The translations under genes were made by a program, and so were the position numbers. This document shows positions 10,153-20,845 of a DNA stretch of 64,000 nt, in pieces; positions within the stretch are counted from its first letter, which is position 1, and each line of letters opens with the position of its first letter. Source of the DNA: Nemertoderma westbladi (lineage: Eukaryota > Animalia > Xenacoelomorpha); the NCBI GenBank assembly GCA_032718475.1, contig JAUCBJ010008939.1:1-64000 (forward strand), written 5' to 3'. The notes under the pieces were generated by a model. That model was not told the DNA's origin. It saw only the letters and a list, made by a program, of their open reading frames with translations, and made no database searches.

Positions 10153-13100
10153 ATGGCTGACACAAGGCAAACTCTGTCAGATAGTCTTTTAGAAACAACA
10201 GCCTGTTTCTCAGATCAAAGTGTAGAGAATCCCAGACCGAGGTCTGAGACCCCTCCTATTGTAAGAAGGGCAACCCCTGCAGTAGTTGTGTCAGAACCTA
10301 GGTTGGTAGAAGCGATTTCGCAATTTGCGAAGTTAGTGAAGCGCCGTAGGTCTGCCATAGGCACTCGGGCCCAAGTTAAGCGGGATCAGGAAGCAGCTGT
10401 CAAACAGCAGCGACATCCTAGCCAAGAACCTAGTTCCCAGCAGCCCGATAGCTCCAGTAGTTCGGAGACTGTTGAGCGGACGCCCGAACGCGGAGCGAAG
10501 ATGGCGGATACGGTTTATGATGAGCGGCCAACCTTTGAAGAATCAACCGACGCCACTTCTTCTCAAGTGGAAAGCGAAGTGGAAAGCGAAGTGGAAAGCG
10601 AAGTGGAAAGCGAAGTGGAAAGCCAAGTGGAAAGCGAAGTGGAAAGCGAAGTGGAAAGCGAATTAACAGCAGCAGAGAAGCCACGAACTAGAGATGCCAT
10701 TGACATCTATCTGTCAGACTATCAGCGATTCGTAGGAGACAAAGAGTTGAGGAGACGACTGTCTGGACTTCGCCCTAATAGTGAAGGAACCAAGCTTGTG
10801 TTGGACGCAATCGATGCGGAAATGTTAGCTGCAGAACAAGCTAAATGTGATGAAAAACTCCGCCTCGTTAGAGTCCAAGAAGAACAAGTAAAGAGAAAAC
10901 TAATCGAAAGCAGAAAGAAAGCAGCAGCGGCAGTGGCAGAAGCAGACAGAAAGGCGGCAGAAGCAGTGGCAGAAGCAGACAGAAAGGCGGCAGAAGCAAT
11001 AGCAGAAGCAGACAGAAAAGCGGCAGCGGCAGTGGAAGCAGCAAAAGCAGCAGCAGCAATGGCATTGGCAGAAGCAGAACAGAGAGCGTCTGAAGAGACC
11101 ACCCAAATGGGGTTGGAAAATCTTCAAGAGACGCAAGACAGCATAAATAAACAGTTAACTGCTAGTCAAATGCAGATGATGAGTCGATCTACTCCCAAAC
11201 GCCAAGGATACACATCATCGGAGGAAGGCGAGACCACCGATCCTGAAGGCAGAAGAAATAGATCTCGTCTCAGTAGGCGTAGAAAGACATCTCACCGTCG
11301 CAAATTGCCTGATTTGCCCCCAGCTGTTAAAAGACAGCTAACTAGCACAGACTTAGGTAGTGCAGAACCCATAGAACAATTTATCCAGGTCAAAAGACTC
11401 CCTACTATAGTCGATGAACCTGAAATAATTAGGCCTGTTGTTCCCAAAGTCACTTCTGTGCTAAAGACCCCTGCACTTCCAGAGCTTAACTCTAAATTCC
11501 CTTTACATAGTACTACACTGCCTGTACCCGGTGGAACAGTCCAAGAGAATACCCCTGTCCAGATAGCAGAGAGAGAAATCAATAATTTGTCTCCCGTCGT
11601 CCCGCGTCAGCCCGCTACTATGTTGGCGACTCCCGCTTCGGCGGTTGAGTGGGTGGAAGAGGGACGGCGGGGGATGAATCTCCTGCTGGGACAGATGCAG
11701 GAGACTGTCCACCAACTTAAGGGAACAGTGAGGGAAGGTAGAGCAGAGTTGCAGGAGGTGCAGCAAAGTATCGCACTAGAACGCGATAAATTAGTCAATA
11801 TCCAAAAGGGCATACCAATACCCCCTGTAACATTGTGTCAACCTGTTAGGTCTGAAGTATTACATGCGCAAGGTGTGGAGCCTACACGCATCTATACTGC
11901 TAGTGAAGTTGAAACTCCTATAGCAAACCCTATTAAGGGTGATTATAGACCTGTTATTAATGATATTCCCTATAGACCTGATAATGATCCGAGAAATTTG
12001 TATACCGATAATTCGATATTAAATAACACGATGGCCCAAGAAAGTTTTACGCGTCAGATGGCTAGAACAGAAGCCCGCCAAGCGGTCAAAGTGGGAGAGA
12101 TCGTCAAATTCAATGGAGATGAGATGAAATGGTTACCTTTCAACGAATATTACAAAGATAGCATACAGAATTCTGTACTATCCAACGGAGAGAAACTTAG
12201 ATTCCTCATCAAGTGTTTGGAAGGACCTCCCAAGTTAATGGCGTTAAAGTTTATTGGACATCCAGATGGATTAAGACAAGTTTGGGATACATTAAACATC
12301 AGGTATGGTAACAAGGATAACATAGCTAAGTATTTGTATGCAAAATTAGTAGCCCCCCGACACTTCCTTAGTAGTGGGATTATAGAGTTTTCCGATGAAA
12401 TTCAAGAGATCTGTAGACAACTGGACTGGTTAGGTAAGTCGCACGAATACCAGAGTTCCATGGTTATTGGAGCCGTAGTCTCTACTTTACCAAAGGGTGG
12501 AGTATGTACACGCTGGGACAAGAAAGTGTTGTACATGAATGAACAACAACGACGAAGTCCAACCTTGGCTGATCTCATGTCTTTCTTAGATGGTGAAGTC
12601 AAATTACAACTCATCAAGCAGTCCAGAGAGAAAACATCGGAAAATAAGGTAAGTGAGAAACCTACTTCTAGGAGAAGAGTAATACCAGTGTGTTATACTG
12701 ACGACGGCGAAAGCCAAGCTTCTCAAGAAGAGGACAGCGGGAAAGACACAGCAAAATCTTACTATGACAACAAGACCTATAAAGACGTAAGTAAATACAA
12801 GTCTCGAACCAGTGACAGGAGAGAACAGGTAACAACAACTCCTCCTACGTCTCCTAAGAGAATTCACGGAAGAAAGCCCGAAGAAAGAACGAGAGTGCAG
12901 AACGTTAACCAAGTTAAGGTGAGTAACATCAAACCAAAATGTGCGCTGTGCGACGGGCCCCACCGTTTGAGTGCGTGTGCTGAATTTCTAAAGAAATCCC
13001 CTGTAGACAGACGTACAGTCCTGTGGAATAAGCGGTTATGCTATAATTGCCTCAGATCAGGACACCAACGGCGAACCTGTTACTCCGACGTAAAGTGTGC

Positions 13101-14367
13101 AAAGTGTGGGGCGAAACATCACATCTTGTTACACAGTGAGTTCGAACGAGACAACCCGAGTCAGGTAAGTGAGCCCGAACTACATGTCCAATTCAGTGAT
13201 GTGAACGACACTGACCAAGGTTCTGAGTGGGAAGGATTCTATACAGACGAATTCTCCGATGCCAACGAATCCTGTTATCTAATAAATACCACAGTGTATC
13301 GAGCACTTACGGATGAAAAGGACACTGACGAGTTTACTCCAACTCCTTTTGACAAACAACCATCTTGGAAAGTTCCAACTTCCAACATAGGAATAAGAGA
13401 ATTTCCTGTAGTGCAAGTTCGAGTTCATGGTCCCAACAAGAGTTACATAGTGAACGCCCTACTTGACTCCGGCAGCACAGGAACATTCATCGATCAAGAA
13501 CTAGCCGAAGATATCTTTGCTGGACAACCCAAGTTCCGGACTAAATTGAATATGTCAGGAATTATGCAGGTTTGGAAATCTACCCTAACGGCAGATTACT
13601 ATGTAGGTGTGTTGTCCACCCCCCAGGATAAGTTAGGAACACAAGGTATAAGGTCAGTAAAAATGGTGGCTATAAAGAACTTTGCTACTACTCAAGCAGA
13701 ACCTTATAACTGGGACGAGGACGAGTGCATCCAACATCTTGAGATACCTCGATTCCAAACCGATTATCCTGGAGTGCAAATACTCATCGGCCAAAACGCG
13801 CATGAGGCGCTCGAGCCATTAGAGAAACGGCCTGCTCAACCACAGCCACTACAAACCTATGCGGTAAGAACTAGAGTAGGTTGGTACTTCACTGGCCCTT
13901 CCCGTAGAACTCTCAAAGAGAGATTACCTCAACAACAGGTATACCAAGTAAAGGGGGAAGTGGAGAGCAGTGATGTGGACGACCCAACTGAGGGAACACC
14001 ATACTCCTCAGATAATGACGATATTAACTCCAATGTAGATCAATGGAGACATTGCCTTGGGACGATTAATCCAGCCGACATCGCTTCCAGAGGAGCAACT
14101 CCTCAAGAACTGATAGATACTCCAGGCTGGTTATGTGGATCCGACTTCTTAAGTAAAGAAGAAGAAGAATGGCCTCCTCATCTTACCACGGCGGAGAGTA
14201 GACAGGCCAAGGGAGCGGAGAAAGTAACACAACAACTCAATCGCCCAGCTAGTCGTTTATGTTTACTGGAAAGAGACCGAAAACTGTCCGGAAACTATGG
14301 AAGGCAAGATACTCTTCCTACGGCTACTTCCCTAATCCGACAAATATCTAGGGACTCCATAACGTGA
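10153..14367 (+). CDS. Gag-protease polyprotein (1404 aa) with fused RNaseH and integrase C-terminal remnants
   Basis: BEL Gag motifs (FNGDEMKWLPF, LSNGEKLRFL), CX2CX3HX4C / CX2CX4HX4C knuckles, protease ALLDSGS, then VDQWRHC.GTINPADIASRG and LNRP..RLCLLE; no RT or integrase core. Confidence 0.92.
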   Translation: MADTRQTLSDSLLETTACFSDQSVENPRPRSETPPIVRRATPAVVVSEPRLVEAISQFAKLVKRRRSAIGTRAQVKRDQEAAVKQQRHPSQEPSSQQPDSSSSSETVERTPERGAKMADTVYDERPTFEESTDATSSQVESEVESEVESEVESEVESQVESEVESEVESELTAAEKPRTRDAIDIYLSDYQRFVGDKELRRRLSGLRPNSEGTKLVLDAIDAEMLAAEQAKCDEKLRLVRVQEEQVKRKLIESRKKAAAAVAEADRKAAEAVAEADRKAAEAIAEADRKAAAAVEAAKAAAAMALAEAEQRASEETTQMGLENLQETQDSINKQLTASQMQMMSRSTPKRQGYTSSEEGETTDPEGRRNRSRLSRRRKTSHRRKLPDLPPAVKRQLTSTDLGSAEPIEQFIQVKRLPTIVDEPEIIRPVVPKVTSVLKTPALPELNSKFPLHSTTLPVPGGTVQENTPVQIAEREINNLSPVVPRQPATMLATPASAVEWVEEGRRGMNLLLGQMQETVHQLKGTVREGRAELQEVQQSIALERDKLVNIQKGIPIPPVTLCQPVRSEVLHAQGVEPTRIYTASEVETPIANPIKGDYRPVINDIPYRPDNDPRNLYTDNSILNNTMAQESFTRQMARTEARQAVKVGEIVKFNGDEMKWLPFNEYYKDSIQNSVLSNGEKLRFLIKCLEGPPKLMALKFIGHPDGLRQVWDTLNIRYGNKDNIAKYLYAKLVAPRHFLSSGIIEFSDEIQEICRQLDWLGKSHEYQSSMVIGAVVSTLPKGGVCTRWDKKVLYMNEQQRRSPTLADLMSFLDGEVKLQLIKQSREKTSENKVSEKPTSRRRVIPVCYTDDGESQASQEEDSGKDTAKSYYDNKTYKDVSKYKSRTSDRREQVTTTPPTSPKRIHGRKPEERTRVQNVNQVKVSNIKPKCALCDGPHRLSACAEFLKKSPVDRRTVLWNKRLCYNCLRSGHQRRTCYSDVKCAKCGAKHHILLHSEFERDNPSQVSEPELHVQFSDVNDTDQGSEWEGFYTDEFSDANESCYLINTTVYRALTDEKDTDEFTPTPFDKQPSWKVPTSNIGIREFPVVQVRVHGPNKSYIVNALLDSGSTGTFIDQELAEDIFAGQPKFRTKLNMSGIMQVWKSTLTADYYVGVLSTPQDKLGTQGIRSVKMVAIKNFATTQAEPYNWDEDECIQHLEIPRFQTDYPGVQILIGQNAHEALEPLEKRPAQPQPLQTYAVRTRVGWYFTGPSRRTLKERLPQQQVYQVKGEVESSDVDDPTEGTPYSSDNDDINSNVDQWRHCLGTINPADIASRGATPQELIDTPGWLCGSDFLSKEEEEWPPHLTTAESRQAKGAEKVTQQLNRPASRLCLLERDRKLSGNYGRQDTLPTATSLIRQISRDSIT

Positions 14368-15986
14368 TAGCATGTGGAGTGGGCGTGTGACTATATCATT
14401 TTATATTTGTTTTTATTTTATATTTATGTATGTATTATTATGTAATTTTATTATAATCGTTTTCTTTAATTTTATTTAGTAGAATGTTATTTTAGAATAT
14501 TTAGTAAATTAGTGCAATATATTAGTGTTTATTACGTATTTAATTACTTACAATATATTTAGTGCGACGGCAAGAAATAATTATTTTCTCTTTCCTTACT
14601 GTCCGTATTATATTATAAATGCGAGACTATAGTAAGATGACATGTCAGTACTTCTTAAAGTACAATAAAGCCACTACTATATTTAAGTATTATTGGTAGG
14701 CAGAGTATTAGGAATGCAAAGTTCAGATCCTCGTGTCTCGGCTAAACCAAGCTCTGGGTAGACCTTGGAAACGACTTGCCTCTTCACACTGACATTGCTT
14801 CGTGCGATATTGCTCTTCTATCTTATAACAAATAATACATATAGTAGCGTGATGTCCCTCTAACAGTAGCGTAAATCGCAAATAAATCTGTTAAACTTTT
14901 GACCATCTGTAATTCTAGTCGATTAAAATATCGTGGCACCCACCGATATACTTGAAAGACAAATTCTAGAATCAGTGGTTAACGTCCCCAGACAAGTTCT
15001 GGAATAAATCGGTGCCCATCCTAAATATTAATTTAATATTTATTAAAATCTGTAAAATTCAGATCCGTTAACAATTCTAGTCGATTAAGATATCGTAGCA
15101 CTTACCGATACTCTTAAAAGACAAATTTCATAGAATTAAGGATCCTATGTCCCCAGACCTGCTCTGGAATCAAATTGTGTCAATTTTAACATCAAATAAT
15201 AAAATTCACGGGAATAAATTTAAATTCATATTCAAATGAATTTCATAAATTGTCATTTTGTGCAATTTATAACATTCCCAAAATTCCAGTAATTAATAGA
15301 TCATGGGAGCGGAGATTCATATTGAGTGTGCTAGAGCGCGAGAATCTCCAACATATAGTCAATAGCCGATAAAATTTATAAAATCATGCATAAAGGGGAT
15401 ATTGACAATTAAAGAATTACTATTAAATAACATCCCAGATCTGTATGCATGAGGATTGCCCTAATTCTACCGCTAGTTTTCCATAATGTCACCATGGCAA
15501 CACCCACGCTAGAATTAGAAGCAAGTTAAATGAACAATAAAAGCTTGCCCCATTGCGTAGCATAAGAGTATACATAGCGCGCTATTAGTATCCAAGGATA
15601 CATAGTAATAACGTGACATTCTGGAAGACACTGACTAACGGACAAATGGCATGCGTGTGTGCAGTAAGTAATGATTGTATGGAATTTGTGCGTTTATAGG
15701 TGAATGTTACTACTAAAGTGTGTTTACAGTAGCTAATCGCAATTGTAAAATAGCCCTAACTCTACCGAGATAACCTCAAGTGGATTCAAGCCTTTGGGAC
15801 GGACAGTGGTGGGACTTGTGCCGGTTATCGTTGTCGTGCTGTTGCTACATGTTGGCGTAAACACTGCGACAGCGGTACATCGGCGCTGAGAAACCCACTG
15901 TCCGGGGGCAAAAGCCTAGTAGGCAGCGACGCCCGCTTGCCTAAAATATTAACTCATGTTGATATTAATAAACTCAGATAACAGAT

Positions 15987-17435
15987 ATGACGGAATTGAT
16001 AGAAGATGACCTTGATATTAGAGAGCGATATACTCTACCTTTACAAGCATTTGTGGATAGCTTGATACGCGGTGAAACCGATCCAACCATTACGGAGGAC
16101 GATGGTCGTTATATCGAACCGCCGACGTCCCAAGAGCAACTTACGCGTGAATTGGACTATCGAAAATTAACCGCTCGCTATACGCATCGTAATGGTACGT
16201 ATCTGGACTTCTTAACTACCGGCCATCCTATCGATTTACATGATACGGACGATGTAGACACCGAAAGGGAAATGGTTCTATTTAAATATCATACCCAGCG
16301 GCGTCGTAACGATAAACCGAGAATAGATCACGAAAATTCTATTCGTAACAGACTGGGAAGACGAACCAATATGTCTAGAATCTGAGGAGATTCAGCCTAT
16401 CGCGCTCGGAACAGCGACAACGATTACATCCTAGAATGGTATCAAGGTCCACAGTGTCTCACTGCGTACGATTATCGCCATGCCAATTATGTTTCTAGAC
16501 AACGTTGTCGGCTGTGCGCATCGAGAGACCATATTACGTCTATGGACACCAACGATCTCTGTTCCTATTTCCACGAACAACCGTCGATGGAAATCTATTG
16601 TGCATATTGTCGGCTTAATAATTTGCACATTTTTGCTGTCTGCCCCCAATTTATGACTCAATGCCATCATTGTCAATTAAAAGGACACGCCAGCTTTGAT
16701 TGTCCCTTTAACCATGATTTAGAGAGCGTAGATGAAATGATTGTACTACGTTATATCAGAGCTTGGGAAGCGAACGCTGATTTACATTGTGATTCACGCC
16801 ATCGCTATTATCCCGGACGCGCTTACGAAGGAGTTTATGCGTTCCATCCTTATCTATTCGCTTCTGTTGAACAGAAATCACGCATATCGAGTTACGAGCT
16901 ACTGAAGCGCGTCGGAGAATGTATTTCAACTAAATTCGTACGCAAATTTCTCAGGAGTGTTAATCCTAGCGACCTTCATTCCTATAACTTAATCAATTAT
17001 ATCCGTCAGGATCCGGACTATGGAGACTTGTTTGTTAACTCACACCCCGAGTTGCAGGAAGTACATCGAAGGCCTTACGAATACCGAGCCCGCGAACGCG
17101 AGTTGGAAAGGACCATTAAACCCCGGAAGTTTCTAACTGCCTATGGTCCACACACGGCCCTCGTTCAGACCACTCGTAAAGGACCCGTAAGAGCGGCTGT
17201 CTTGAAACGAGCTCTCAAAGCCGTTAGACCCCTCTCACCTGACGTTGATGTCAATCAACCCGGTACTTCGACTGGCGGATACACCGACCATAATCCTACA
17301 CCCTCTGATGCAATCATATTGCACCCTTCACCCAGGAGTTATAGCCCTCCTCGTAAAGTGGCTCGCCCCAAAGAGAAAAGGACTCTTGCTAGCTTTAAAA
17401 AACTGCGTAAACGCCGTCCGCGCAAGAAAGACTAA
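15987..17435 (+). pseudogene. Shortened accessory ORF2 of element 1 (zinc knuckles, basic tail)
   Basis: 15987-16385 and 16542-17435 are in the same frame, separated by a +1/-1 indel pair; homologous to the N- and C-termini of 26785-30729. Confidence 0.85.
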
Positions 17436-17513
17436 CTGTTTAGAGTATTTACGTATATTAGAAACTGTGATTTTTGTATATTTATAGACTCAAATCCCAT
17501 TTTCTGGGAGCGG

Positions 17514-18771
17514 TGTAAAAGCTTCTGTGGGATATAACTGGCCCCTTTTTGCTTCGCAATCCAGTTTCCCCCCAGGCGCTGGAATACTCTAAAAAGGTTC
17601 TCTAACTGTATATATATTCCCCTTGCCCGCAAGGTACCGTTACAGGTGTTTTAACGGCAATAAATTTAATGACATAAAAGTCATTCTGCTATATACGTGT
17701 TTTGGCGGACATGGTAAGGCAAAAAACCTGCAATGCACCAACTACCTTTCACAGCTTAGCCGTGATGATTCATATTACGACATCTAACAGCTGGTTGCTG
17801 ACATGGAAACAGCCATTGGACGCATGGTTCTTTGTTTGGCTTGAGCCAATCAGAGCGATTTTTCCTGTCGACGCGTAGCTTTTCGGCCGATCATAAGGAG
17901 AGTGTTCAGTCTTACTGTTTTTACTTGATACTTTGTTGTTATTGCTGTCTAAGCCAGAAACACCGGCTCTAGAAACTCTAGTAAAACTGCTTAAATTATC
18001 GAAAGTATAAACTGTTACCTAACAAATCAAACTAATCTAACTAATTAACATACTCACTTCATTTAACTGCATTAATCATATTGTTTGTACTGTTATTTTA
18101 CCTTCAGTTATTAATTGTACCTATTTGTTGATGGAAATATTGCTCTTTGGATAATACGGATAAATCACCCAAATTCCCAATTTTCTTGATACACTACAGG
18201 TTAGAGAGACCGGCTATACATAACAATTGCGATTTATATTAATGTGGTGTGTATTGAATCCAATGTTATTTAGCAGACCCTACGTGAGTCAATTGCTGCT
18301 CTCTTTATGTGTGATCAAATATACTGACGGTCGGCAGAATAGTGTGTATGATTGTGATTGGCAACAAAGTATTTCCTAAAGAATACGCTTTATACTTTAA
18401 TCATAAGCGGTATCGTTGCGTTTTAGTATAAGTCTTAGTTCTGTTTAAATAGATAAAGCGCCACGTCCTAAAGGAACTGTTAATATTTCCCGAAAGCCAA
18501 TAATATCTGTCAGAGATTAATTATTAACGATCTATCGAATAATACAGTAGGTATACACTGCAACCTTACACTGCAATAATACAATTTAAGCATCCGAATT
18601 CAGCCTCCCGGGTGTAGATCCATCGGGTGAATGATCGCGCATGGGCTGACTTCGGCTAATGTTTTGCGTATTAGCATAAAATATTGTCGTATGCTAAAGT
18701 GGTTTTAATTAACTAAAAGACATATAAATTTTGGCAGGTTAAACTGCTAAAGGTCTTCAAAAGCGCGAACA
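17514..18771 (+). repeat. 3' LTR of element 1 (1258 bp)
   Basis: Direct repeat of 6722-7965 plus a 14-bp insert at 17658-17671. Confidence 0.95.
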
Positions 18772-18776
18772 CTCGA

Positions 18777-19401
18777 TGATTTCTCCAACCAGGTCGTCAA
18801 CTCTGGGCTGCTCACCCTGGCGGAGACCGTTGACATATACATGAATTACACCGCGACCGTAAAGCCCACGCTTTCCTTCCCCACGCAGCCGCGCACCGGT
18901 CTGGTCGCGTTGCGATGCCATCGCTTCCAGAGCTGCGCGCACCGCAGCAACCAATGGCGTTACAGCGGGCGCTGCGACTCCATACAGTTCGCGGTGGACC
19001 AGCGGATATTCATCGCCGGCGTCGCGTTGTACGGCTCAAGTCAGGAGCCGGCTGAGTACCGCGTGCGGCTCGAGTTCAAACACTCGGGGAACGTGATCAG
19101 TTCCCTGGACACCCGGTTCAAATCGGACGGGACCGGGGGGACCTTCCCCGTTTACTTCCCCTACCCGATCCAGGTGGAACCCGACGTTCTGCACACAGTG
19201 AGCGCCGTTCTGGACGGGAACGAGTTGAGCTACTTCGGGCAGGAAGGACTCGCCGAGGTCACCGCCGGCGGAGTTCAGTTCCAGTTCCAATGCGCGCCGG
19301 ACAGCACCAACGGTACCGGCGTCCAGGGCGGACAGATCCCTGAACTTATATTCTATTACAGTTGGAGACGCCCGATCCCACCCTGTCCCGGACAGCGCTA
19401 A
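18777..19401 (+). pseudogene. BTBD3/6: 3' part of last exon of BTBD3/6-like gene (complete PHR domain)
   Basis: DFSNQVVNSGLLTLAETVDIY...RCHRFQSCAHRSNQWRYSGRCDSIQFAVDQRIFIAG...SYFGQEG...STNGTGVQGGQIPELIFY, characteristic of the BTBD3/BTBD6 PHR domain. Confidence 0.92.
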
Positions 19402-20265
19402 CTCAATGTGAACCGGGTCACCCCAATGTATCCCAGACACGTCTAAGTGAACCGGATCACCCCAATGTGTCCCGGACACGTCTAAGTGAACCGGATCACC
19501 CCAATGTGTCCCGGGCACGGCTAAGTGGTTCACCCCAATGTGTCCCGGACACAGCTAAGTGAACCGAATCACAATGTGTCCTGGACACGGCTAAGTGAAC
19601 CGGATCACCCCAATGTGTCCCGGACACGGCTAAGTGATTCACCCCAATGTGTCATGGACACAGCTAAGTGAACCGGATCACCCCAATGTATCCCGGACAC
19701 GGCTAAGTGAACCGGATCACCCCAATGTGTCCCGGACACGGCTAAGTGGTTCACCCCAATGTGTCATGGACACAGCTAAGTGAACCGAATCACCCCAATG
19801 TGTCCCGGACACGGCTAAGTGAACCGGATCACCCCAATGTGTCCCGGACACGGCTAAGTGGTTCACCCCAATGTGTCCCGGACACAGCTAAGTGAACCGA
19901 ATCACCCCAATGTGTCCCGGACACGGCTAAGTGAACCGGATCACCCCAATGTGTCCCGGACACGGCTAAGTGGTTCACCCCAATGTGTCCCGGACACGGC
20001 TAAGTGAACCGGATCACCCCAATGTATCCCGGACACGGCTAAGTGAACCGAATCACCCCAATGTGTCCCGGACATGGCTAAGTGGTTCATCCCAATGTGT
20101 CATGGACACAGCTAAGTGAACCGGATCACCCCAATGTGTCCCGGACACAGCTAAGTGAACCGGATCACCCCAATGTGGCCCGGACACGGCTAAGTGGTTC
20201 ACCCCAATATGTCATGGACACAGCTAAGTGAACCGGATCACCCCAATGTGTCCCGGACACTTTGT
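19382..20265 (+). repeat. 39/34-bp minisatellite beginning at the BTBD stop codon
   Basis: Unit tgtgtcccggacacggctaagtgaaccggatcaccccaa, short variant ...gtggttcacccc; internal palindromes. Confidence 0.95.
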
Positions 20266-20424
20266 CCCACACTCTTCTAACTGGAAGGCCAATGTGGACA
20301 ACAATGCCCCTTGCTCACAACTTTGCAGGAAGGTTAAATACCATTGACCTGTATGCCGGTTTGGTAACCCCCGTATTGATGTTAACCATAGAGGAAGAAA
20401 ATAGTTTGCTTTGATATTATGGTG

Positions 20425-20845
20425 GGTACTGGTTCGATATGGGTATGGAGATTTCTGATTTTTTTTGTTACATTTTACAATTGTTTATTTGTTACTATAT
20501 TACCGTACTGTTCTAGAACACAATGTATTAATAATACCAAGCACATTTGGTAAATGGGCGAGTTGAACTCTAACCCTAACCAAAATCTTACCCTACCCCT
20601 AATTGGCCGGGCGAGCGAAGCGAGTACGCACGAAGCGCGTCCCCCCGGCCAACTAGTTCAACTTAGCCAAATCACCGTAACCCAATCAACATAACCTAAT
20701 CACTGTAACCCAAACCTAACCAAATAAATAAAGATATAAAGGGGGTACCAATACAGTGTATAGTGTATACAGTGTGTTCTAGAACAGTAATATAGTTACA
20801 AATATAAAAAAAACTCGGTAGGCCTACCCATATCGAACCAGTGCC
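20425..20845. mobile_element. MITE with 9-bp TSD (Mutator-like)
   Basis: TIR GGYACTGGTTCGATATGGGTA; TSD ATTATGGTG at 20416-20424 and 20846-20854; internal hairpin ttggccggg...cccggccaa followed by CTAGT. Confidence 0.85.

Larger units (their letters stand above)
6722..18771 (+). mobile_element. BEL/Pao LTR retrotransposon 1, internally deleted (non-autonomous), recent
   Basis: TG...CA LTRs 6722-7965 and 17514-18771 (about 3 substitutions and one 14-bp indel by eye); 5-bp TSD CTCGA (6717-6721, 18772-18776); purine-rich GGGAGCGG before the 3' LTR; BEL-type Gag with three zinc knuckles. Confidence 0.95.

Noticed and set aside
10430-12963. Short antisense or alternative-frame ORFs over gag (also over element 2 and TAF7)
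   Set aside because: Low-complexity shadows of the real coding strand.
13990-14240. Idea that element 1 deletions arose by splicing
   Set aside because: The missing segments in element 2 do not show clear GT...AG ends at the junctions; one junction shows microhomology instead.
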